A stretch of DNA of 64,000 bases, filler included, from Sphacelaria rigidula (Eukaryota), in NCBI GenBank assembly GCA_964200075.2. It is 6 parts of 6 records of this genome, joined end to end, with 100 filler letters (N's around TTAATTAATTAA, not from the genome) between each part and the next. Parts side by side here need not be neighbours in the genome. Positions count along the whole stretch, not along the records: positions 10,688 to 21,274 come from CAXNAA020006236.1; positions 21,375 to 31,960 come from CAXNAA020006237.1; 4 more parts are not named here. One strand, given 5' to 3'. Each line of letters opens with the position of its first letter. Positions within the stretch are counted from its first letter, which is position 1. The position numbers and the translations under genes are program-made. Positions 12,111-22,020 of the stretch are shown here, in pieces. Below the pieces are notes generated by a model. It was not told the DNA's origin. It did no database searches and saw only the letters and a list, made by a program, of their open reading frames with translations.

Positions 12111-13681
12111 GAGCACGAGAACCCACAACTCCGACTCCCGAAACGTCAAATATGGCTCAAACCTGAGTTCTTGCACACACACGCGTTGTTGAATGTTATC
12201 CGGGCAGGAAGTGAACCACCTGCGTATCTTCGGCTGTCATTCCACCCGGCAGATGCCACAAACGTGGTTGAGAGAAGGTCTCGGCCGACAGGCGTAGAAC
12301 GTGCAATACCGATATCAGATATGAGGGCAATCGCTGGGGGCCACGTCGACGACGGAGACGCAGTATGAAACGAACCCATTTCCCAGCTGTATGGGAAATA
12401 CAGCGCGACTGCACTGTTCTGTGAATCTGGGGCACCAGGCACGGTCGTCGATGGTGCACCCATACAAACCGAGGGGGGGGGGGACGACGACTGGCGGAAC
12501 TCGCAGAGTAGAACAATAGAGAGTCGATCGCCCAGGGGAGGCCCCACGTACACAGCCTCTAGTACTTGGGCATCAGAGGTGAACACACGGCAGCTATCGG
12601 CATCGACTGCGCCGACAACAATCTTCCACGAAGTGGGCACCATCATAAGCGAAGGCCGAGAAAGTATCGGCGGGATACCCTGTGAGGTGGGGAGTTCTGC
12701 TCCATGTTCCAAGAGAAATATAAAAAACCCGACCTGGGTCCGGGGGAGGCACACCTCCGCATGCTCACGTATCGGTGTCGAGACGGAATTGAGTATGATC
12801 AACCACCCAGATGTGAGTTTCACATGAGGGGCATGAATTGAGCAGTAGGAGGTTGCACTGCAGCACAGGGACTAGGCAAAGGAACACGCGCTGAAGGTGT
12901 TACATTTCTCGGGGTGGCAACGACACCCGTATCCCCATAAAACGCATCACTGAGACCTCAAGTTGGGTTGCCGGGCGACGTTTCAACGCCCTCGGGACAC
13001 TGCAACAAGCGTCTGAGCTCGCCGTGCTCCTCAAAGCCAACAACCTCGAACGCTTCGAGATAACGATCGAAGCGAAAAACACAAAAGCCTGCTTGTGCCG
13101 CTGCACTTGACTTTGCCCCAGGAACGTGCCCAGACGTCGGAAGCGCATCTGCGGCGGTGTGTGAAAAAGACGGTGTTGCATCCATGCCAACGACGCGAGC
13201 TAGCGGCGATGTGATAAGGGATCGGTAAAAGCAAACCTCACCCGTCAATGCTTGTTCTGGTCGGCATCGAAGGCACGGTGAACGAACGACGATAACGACG
13301 CGACGCAGTAGTGCACACGACCATCCTGGAAGTCGTGATAGCTGTTTGACGGAGCAGTCGGCGCCGACTGAGTCGGCAGCCGTTAGTGGAAGCAGCAGTC
13401 GTGGACGACCGAAGCGGGCCGGTGGTTGTGATGAGTGCGGCATCACGTGCCCCCTCGTCGGAAGCCAGTGGTATATGTGCTCATGTTGTGGTCAGACACA
13501 CGACTCTGCATCGCGGCTATATGTGTGGCGTGCCATCGACCGGAGCCCGGCTAAGGAAACGTTTCGCGACATCTCGGTCCTGCACGGGTTGAAGACGCAT
13601 AGATTCGGGTAGCTTGTGCAGACGGGATGATTGCTTTCTGCCCTCCTTCGAGCGACACAGATGCAACAGCGATAGGCAAAC

Positions 13682-13932
13682 GAGTCATGCTACGATAGGG
13701 GGGGTGGTATTTTGGGCCGTTTTCCCTCACGAAATTCTAGTTGAAATCGTCGTTGATAGCAGCAACGGTTGTTGACTCGCGCTTGCTTCTGATAAATAAC
13801 ACTCATTTACATTATTCCGCTTTTACCCAAATAAAAGCTCACCGCGAGTGTGTTAGATCGTCTGAAGCATCTATGAGCCTATTTTTTTCGTGAAGCCAAA
13901 CACCATTCCCCTCCCCTATCGTAGCATGATTC
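13682..13932 (+). mobile_element. ~250-bp MITE (family C), GAG..TC termini
   Basis: TIR gagtcatgctacgataggggg / cccctatcgtagcatgattc; second copy at 10829-11073. Confidence 0.8.
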
Positions 13933-14574
13933 AAGCGACCGAGTTCATTTGCGCGCGTTGTCCCCCACCTCCGACGGTAGACCTCACTCCTGACCCTACC
14001 CCTTCCGACCCGGACTTCGTAGTAGAAGTACGCAGGGAAGTAATATCGAACCTTGAGGTGAGGTGAAAAATGAGCCTGGAGGTGGTCTTATCGTGGCTGA
14101 CAGAAGCTAGCAACACCGCACTGGCCCGGACTGTCAGCGACCGGCGCAACCGGGATCAGGCGATGACGATTTTCGACACGGTGGCGAGGGGCGGCACCGC
14201 CAACGCCAAGATGATAGAGATGGGCGGGGTTAAGGAGGCCGCAGGTGATGGCCGACGGAAGTCCGTGCACCTGCTACCTTCGGCACTGGCGCCCGAGGTA
14301 GCAATGACAGTTGTCATGGATCTTAGAGCTTTGCGGGCCAGAGTGCAAGGACTCGAACGTGCGGTCTCACTCCTTGACGCCCAGCTCCACGATGGTCCAC
14401 CCCTCGTGTCTACGCTTAGGCTCATCAGAGCTGAAGGATTCGCGGACGATGAACGGGCGTTGGTGAGATCGGCCGGATCTATAGTCAGGAAGGACATCGA
14501 AGGTGCAGCTGAACTGCATTCGCTGTCCTGGAACGCGACTTAGAAATATGCTGCCGACTTGGAGATAAAAATCT

Positions 14575-14837
14575 GCCGACACTTTCCACGATAGCCTCCC
14601 CCACCCCCAAAAAGAGAGTGGTTTTTTTGGGGGGGGGAAATCTACACGTATATCGAAGTACAAAAATCCAAGCACAACGAGCAGCTGGGACTTCCCACGC
14701 TTGGGTTCGTTTTCACCAATGTCGCCCGCATGAGGGGCTTCATGCAGCTTGAAACCAGACACCAGGCGCTGAAGAACATTTTCTTCGGGACAGTATCGGG
14801 CTGGTTCCATGGGCGGGCTATCGTAGAAGGTATCTGC
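14575..14837 (+). mobile_element. ~260-bp MITE (family D)
   Basis: Imperfect TIR ccgacactttccacgatagcc / ggctatcgtagaaggtatctg; its left ~140 bp is homologous to 42509-42646. Confidence 0.65.
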
Positions 14838-15528
14838 CCAGTGGAAGAGTTTCTGGAGCATGATACACCGTCGACACTGTTGGACTGGCTTGACAATACA
14901 GGATGAGTCATGTGGCGGTACAAGCTGACTACCCCGGGTTGGGGCTCGCGGCCGGGGAGAACGCGACACCGACCACAAGTGTGTCAAGTGCCAGAGCTAT
15001 AGGGAGTTAAGTGCCAACGCAACGGCTCGTGAATCGGCTAAACGGGAGATGGCTTTGCGGAAGGAGAGAAAGGAAGATTCAGGTTGGGAGACTTTATTAT
15101 CTGGTAAAAAACGTCGCGAAAACTGTTTTAGATCGAACATTAAGGGCGATGCATGACCTCAGTTTGGTGCAGGTGTTGAAAACGCCGTTCACGGACTTTG
15201 CATGACGGAGTCTATGCGGTACAAGCGCGAACAGTACTTCGTGAAGTTATGCTTGGACAAGCACCTGATGTCCCTTGCGTTGAGAGCAGCTACGATCGCT
15301 TGGGACAACTGCTACTGGGAGGGATGTGCATGTGTGTGCTGTGGCTGCCACTTCACGGGTGGCCACTGAGGCGCCTGCTGCAACCTCAAGTTTGGACGTT
15401 ACAGACCTTGTGCAGGTACCCCAGTGGCCACCCGTGTTGCGTGGCTGTGGAAACCTCGTGTGGTGATCTGTTTTTCATACAGAGCTGTGGTAGGCAAGAT
15501 CATGTTGTGGCCGCGGATGTAACGACGG

Positions 15529-15738
15529 TGTAGTGCATGAGAGGACCGCGTGTTTAGAGGACCGCGCCGAGGCTCGAAACACCTCACGATATCGTTTTCC
15601 AAAACCAATCGGGCCAATCCCTGCAGGTACCACGCCCCGGACCCCAACCCCAACACCAACCCTAACCCTAACCCTAACCATAGGGATGTTCAAATTCCGA
15701 TGCGGTCCTCTAAGCACGCGGTCCTTTCACGCATTACA
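15529..15738 (-). mobile_element. Telomere-repeat MITE, copy 2
   Basis: Same TIRs as 566-776; internal (CCCTAA)n; exact 5-bp TSD GACGG; empty site present in the adjacent paralogous segment at ~15899-15930. Confidence 0.9.
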
Positions 15739-17729
15739 GACGGGACCACACTGGCACATGGAGGGTGAGCAATGTTTGGCTGCTACAGGGGGAGATGTGC
15801 ATGCGTGTGCTGTGGCTGCCACATGCGTGGCTGTGGAAACCCCGTGTGGTGATCTCTCTCATACAGAACCATGGCAAGCAAGATCAGCCCGTGGCCGCGG
15901 ATGTAACGACGGCACCACACCGGCACATGGGTGGCGAGCAGTGGGATCAGTACCTTTCCGTGTTCGATGAAGCATCTTTCCGATGCTCCGTGGCAAGGAT
16001 CGTAGGCAAGGATGGCTCCATCGACATTTGCTTGGAGCTCGAACTTCGACAAGTGAGAAGAGGTATCTGTGCCTGTGTATATTGTGTTTGAACGCCTGTA
16101 AGAAGTCGCTTTCTATACATCCGGTGGCGGCGATTGGGTGTATCGCTAGTAGACTCAGCATCGTCTCTTGCGTGTTAGTTCCGGCTCTTCACCCCACAGC
16201 CCCAGTGCCCCGCTGATCCAGACAAATTACCCCCCATGGATTCTGCGGGAGTAGGGCGGGTTGGATTTTTCCTGTAGATGCCATTTCGTTGCCCCCATTT
16301 AGGGATCATACTGCCGTCTTCACCTCACATAACAACGACAGCTGCAACACCAATGTTGGCAGCATATCAGGAGGTGGGCGTGGGAATGATGGTCCAACTC
16401 AATATGCCGCCATACGTGGCTTACGGCATGGTAGCAGCATGATCCTTTGACCGGGCGGATACTCTCATCACGGGGCCCGGGTTTAAGTCGTGACTTGAAA
16501 ATTTGCAACACTGTGCAACAGCGACCTCATTAGCCCCCTCTCCGCTGCGCCGTTTAAATTCCGGGGCAGGCAATACCGGCGATGCAAAGAGGGTCCCAAG
16601 TTTTCAAGTACCTGTTCATGCAGTTGGGGAGCACGAGGAGTTGGGCCGCCTCGAAAGCCGTGGTTAACCGTATTACTGACATACGCCGCGCGGGTAAGAG
16701 GGGCACGCCTGCGGCGTGTATGGTTATTACCGGTGCCCAGGAGACGTTTCGCTTTACGTACCACCTCATTCGGAGCAATCCCCGCGAGTACGGATGGCTC
16801 CGGACATACGTGGGTAACTGGCATCTTCTTGATCAGATGGCGAAGGTGATCGTGGAGCAATATTGGGGGGCGGGGATAGAGTACGTAGCGGAGGCAGCAC
16901 TTAGACCGGACGGGAGGAAATGGTGAGAGGCGTTACGTGCACAGTGGCGGGAGGGAGGGGGTAGGAGGAGGGCATCCGGGATAAGATCCGATCAGTCGCT
17001 ACTTTTGCGACGGCGGGTGAGATTGTTGATAGCACCGCTACTAGTGCAGGCGCCGTGCTTGTCCTTTGAGGATTTTTGTTTTTACCGGGAGTCGGGAAAG
17101 GCACGACACGGTGTAATTTGTGCGCAAAAAACATGGCGCGGGCACATTTCATCTCAACTCCCACCGGCGGGGTACTGTCATCTTCGATTTTCAGAGCTCA
17201 CGTCACATTAGTTCAATTATTTCACTGCATGAGTTTTTATCTCCGACCCGTGGTCACGGGGTGCAAAGAACTCACCACCGATGACCATAAAACCAAGAGT
17301 TGACAGAGGATGTCTTTGCACAAAAAACTGTACACGAAAACAATCACCCCGCCAAAACCGATCGAGCAACGAGGAACACACTGCAAGCCAGCAAATTACC
17401 GGCGTGCGATCTAGACGACCAAATAACCACCCCCTGCTACATGTACATGTAGGAGCAGCAAACGCAGGAATCGACATGTCGCAGGCAGCGAGAACCACCC
17501 CGAAAAAGACTTGATAATATTGAAAAATATCCCAGGTTCAAGGAAATTAGGTGATGGCTTCATCGATGAAACATCAACTGACTTGAGCTCAGCATCAACA
17601 TCAAGTGAGTTGATCACCCTAATATTAGTTCGGTGTAATCACCCAGAGCTAATCCAAGTTCGAGAACCTCAAATCTACCTGCCCGTTTGTTTTGCCCCTC
17701 ACACTTCCAATCCCCCCCCCGCCTCGGAA

Positions 17730-17987
17730 TGAGTCTGTGGTCTCGAGGGATCAACTCACCTCTCCTCCGGTACGCGCCTTTCGTTTCGCTCTTGCGGATT
17801 GGGTCAGCACTTCCGCACCGCGTCAACCCACGTCACACAAGCCCAGTCGACTAATATTGTTTACTCACGTACCCACGTTTTTCACGGTGGAAATCGTACA
17901 TAACGAAGAAAAATCCAACCAATCGGGAATCGAACCCCCGTTTTCCTCGCCCCAATGGCAACAGTCGGATCAATACACCACCGGGGC
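17730..17987 (-). mobile_element. tRNA-derived SINE candidate (Pol III A/B boxes at its 5' end)
   Basis: Minus strand reads gccccggTGGTGTATTGatcc...gGGTTCGATTCCcg, an A-box/B-box pair at tRNA-like spacing; no intact acceptor stem; 3' extent uncertain. Confidence 0.55.
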
Positions 17988-20900
17988 GCTAGAAGCAGAT
18001 ATTTCCGTGATGTGTCGGGAGTAGTTTAAAACGAAGGCAATATAATACTGAGGACACACCCAATGCCCCCCAATCCTGGCCCCCGAAAAGTACTGGGAAA
18101 AAGAAGTTGATTTGACGACGTTACTGTAAGACTACACGACGCCGAAAGAACCGGAGCCCAAAACGAGAAGAAACGACGCCGCTAAAACGTCAAAGAGACT
18201 GAAGAAAGCTGACGTGGATGATGTCGGATCTGACGAAGTTCGTCACGTCCCGAGTGTAGACATCTCGTTTTGGAACGCAGCACGGTATCAAGAAGGTAGC
18301 CAAGGGGAAGGTAAAGGAACGGAGAGACGTGAACAAGCGTGCAGGCTGAAGATTGCACAGAGGCATGTTGGAAGAAATAAATAAAGAAAAGCCTGGTACA
18401 GACGAGAGCAATCATTGAAGGTGTGAGAGGGCAGAATGGAAATAAGACTACATATAGTTGAGAGGGAGTTGAACAGGGACAAGGAATGGCCACTTGTGGT
18501 ACTTACCGTCAGCGGCGGTTTAGCTTCCAGCTCCGCTCCTGGTGGCCGTGGGTTGGCTATCTTGTTGGGTCGAACTGTTTTTCTTCTTTTCAAGGGGAGG
18601 GAAAATCTTAGTTGGTGGCGTGACGGGTTGGTTTCCGGGCGGGGACAGGGAGTTATCACTGACCCGCGGTGCTTTGCGCGGTGTCGAATCGTCGTTTCTT
18701 GACGCATATGATGCTTTCTCCTTCAACAAGTGTCGTTGGGAATCAGACAGGAGCGTGGCACGCGTGTCGTAGAAACAGAGGTCACACGTTATGAAAGCTG
18801 GTTCGCCATCCCCCGCCAAGAGATCATAGAGTGTTTTTTGGGACAGGGTTGCTGTACACTCGTAACACGGATAAGTGCACTCCTCGGCCGCTTGCACGAG
18901 GATTTTTGCGCACGCGCGGCCGTCCGCGTGGGTATATACCCTGTCTTTACCGCCGGTAGGATCGGACATGCGGTGGTACGGGGTGCTGACCCCGATCTCG
19001 CCGCCACACGCTAGGCAGAGGAAGGGCAGCTGTTTCGTGGAGCCCTTCGGGACTGGGTTTGTATCCTGCGAGACAGAGATGTGGGTGTTGCAGGTGGAGC
19101 ACCTGTCAATGCCGAACGAGTCGGGAGGAGAACGAAGCGACGGTTGCGGAAAGTTCAGCGAGAAAATAGTACGGAAGGAAAGATAATTGTACTGTGAGCG
19201 AATGCGCGACGAACAGGTGTTGAAAGCAACGATGTCAAGTAGGTTGAAAAGGGAGGAAGTGGGACAAGAAGTTCCCTTCGGTTATTAGGATACTTCTCGA
19301 TGAACCTGCACTGAGGAAACCCCGGCCTCCACGTAAGCGTGGCATTCTGTCCAAAAGCAAGTCTAGCATGTAGGAGTGTATTATCACAAAGAAGGTGGGA
19401 GGTTCCCTCCTAGCGTCCCGTTCCTGATGTGTGTCGAATCATGGGCTTGCAATGGCTGGCGCCAACCCCGGTGGGAAAGTACACCAAAAGCATCGAAGAA
19501 ATGGGCTCGGGAGTGAGCCACTTAAAATTCTATATCTTCATTGCTATTACAGGAGTTCAACTGGAAATGGATACCAGAGCGCCAGTTGTCCAGTTCATGT
19601 GGAGGTGTTGCGCCGTTCGTCTATCCCGAGTGATTTTTATAGTAGTTCAATGACGGGGAGTTTATAAGAAAGAAACACTGTGTACGATTAGACTGTAAGG
19701 TTGAAGTCAGCAGTCTAGAGCAGTTCAGGTCCCACAAACGTCGATGGTACCTGGTTTTCTGCAGTTTTTTTATCGCCGACATCGGGTCGACCGAAGGCTG
19801 GTCAGTCGAATGAGATAAACGAAGAAATGAAGAGATGGGTCTCAGTTATGGTAGGACGTTTGGTGTTGAAGTGCCGAACTCCATACCCCAATTCACAATT
19901 GCATGAAGGTCGATGTGAACATGAAGGAGGAGATACTCACAATACGTCGAAGTAATGTAGAAGGTATGTACCTCATCCGAACAAAACAAATTCGGTCACG
20001 GGCGATCACAAAACACACAAGCATTATATCGAACAAGCTGCGGTGAGAACCTATTTACTTCAATTGCCCAAGGTACTGCCAGGGTGTGGCATGTTTGTTC
20101 CGATCCCCAGGTCCCTAAGAAGAGGGTCTGCTGCTGGATGGTGTAGAGAAATGATGTTCGAATCGCTACTACATACCGAAGACATGTTCGAGCAATACGA
20201 GGCTCGTGTCAGCTCGCAGTGAGTGGTTACATTATTCATAACCAATTACGGTCACCATGGGAAAAAAAAGATCAAACATGGGAACATTTTCTGACTTGGG
20301 CGACGCTCCTGAGCGGGACCCCTACCAGCCAGGAGGGGCGATTAGCTGGAAAAAGTGGATGGAGTGGCAACTGGCGCGGCAAGTGTTGACGGAACTGAAC
20401 AGGGCTGATTGATCACAGCCCCGAGAATAAATTTGAGTTTTTGTAGCGTTAAGGTATATTGCGTAGGGTACGAGAGTTTTCGTTGATCATACAGAAGTAG
20501 GGAGTACCGATAAAAATCGATCGGAGGCCACGGAACTTGTCGGGTAGGGATAGGAGGCTTACAGATAATCCACTGGTGGTTTTGCGATGAAAAAGGGTTG
20601 CATAAAAAATAGAACACGCACCCGGATATTTGTACAAGGGTGCAGGGTTATACCGTGTGTACAGAAAGAACAGAACTATCTTGGAAGGGTATGGTGGATC
20701 ACAACAGTCACGCAGCTGTCGTGGACCGGTAGGACAGTCTTCAACAAGTCACAGAACTGTCGAAGGATTAGGAAAGCGTTACTGAAGTAAAAAATCTGTC
20801 AAGTAGAGGTGTGCAAGTGACACTGAAGTCATTGAGCTATCAAGTTAGCCTTACAGATTTCACTAGAAAAATCGAGTAGGTCAACCACAGTCCAAGAGAA

Positions 20901-21443
20901 GCTACAGAACTGTCGGTTACGGGGATGAAAGTTTTCCAGAAGTCCCCGAACTGTCGTTTAGGGATAACATCTGTAAAGATACCCCGTGTATGCAACCGGC
21001 CCCCATACGAGATAGGGTCGGACACCATAGACCGATGCCCTGCGAATTGATACCGATGGCGGCGCAGATGAAGGCACCCCAGTCGGTCCGATACCTGTTG
21101 ATTATCATGTTTCGGCTTCCCTTTCAACTCGTACCCTGTAACCCGTCTGTTCCCCGAACAAGAAAAAATATCTTGGAGGGTGTACGGAGTTGAATACCAA
21201 GGAACAACAAATTGTGCGAATTGAGGTTTAACTCCGAGATGAGGTTCAGGCCTAAAACAGCGCTTTCCCCACACNNNNNNNNNNNNNNNNNNNNNNNNNN
21301 NNNNNNNNNNNNNNNNNNTTAATTAATTAANNNNNNNNNNNNNNNNNNNNNNNNNNNNNNNNNNNNNNNNNNNNCCCCCCCCCCCCCCCCAAAAAAAAAA
21401 AAAACACCCCCCCCCCCCTTTTTTTTTTCCCTCCCCCCCCCCC

Positions 21444-21475
<32 letters not shown>

Positions 21476-22020
21476 TACAGGACAAGGGTCAAGTACGACA
21501 GTAGTGAACCGAACTAGAGTTCACGTCACAGTCTCATGGGGGGAGGGGTTGAAGTTATTCTACAGTAGAACTTGTGCAAGAACATAACGTGTGTGTAGAG
21601 ACACCAGCGCTTTGTGCTCTGAATGGATGAGCGTTGAGTGGACTAGTACTGAGTACTTCGTATATGTTTTCGTGTCAAATGAAACATGCGTGGCAGCTTC
21701 TGTCTCCAGATCTGCGATCAGTTCTGCAAAAGTCACATGGAGTTGCACAGAAGAAGAGCGAGGCTACTGTGCAACACAAAGCTGAACAGGGCTAAGGATA
21801 CGTTCCTATGAAGTAGAAGCGCTGTAGCCGCAGCATCCGTCTCCTCCACTCGAAAGCACGGGTCCAGCAAATTATATCCTTGGTGGCAGTTTTGTACTTG
21901 GCACAAGGGTAGTATTAGTCTTTGATCTGAAGACAATCCCCCACTTCGCTTCGTCCCTCCTCGTTTCCCCCCCCTTCCCACACAAAACGTGTTTCTTCTC
22001 AACCACCTTTCTTATCGCAG

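Larger units (their letters stand above)
14070..16926 (+). pseudogene. Fragmented ORF, possibly DUF6589-like (putative transposase family), interrupted by MITEs
   Basis: C-terminal piece CMVITGAQETF...WLRTYVGNWHLL...IVEQYWGAGIE resembles the GDQ...GxxH...YW motif pattern; upstream fragments broken by stops and by MITEs at 14575 and 15529. Confidence 0.4.

Noticed and set aside
17916-17987. Functional tRNA gene
   Set aside because: A and B boxes are present, but there is no convincing acceptor or anticodon stem, so it is treated as a SINE head.
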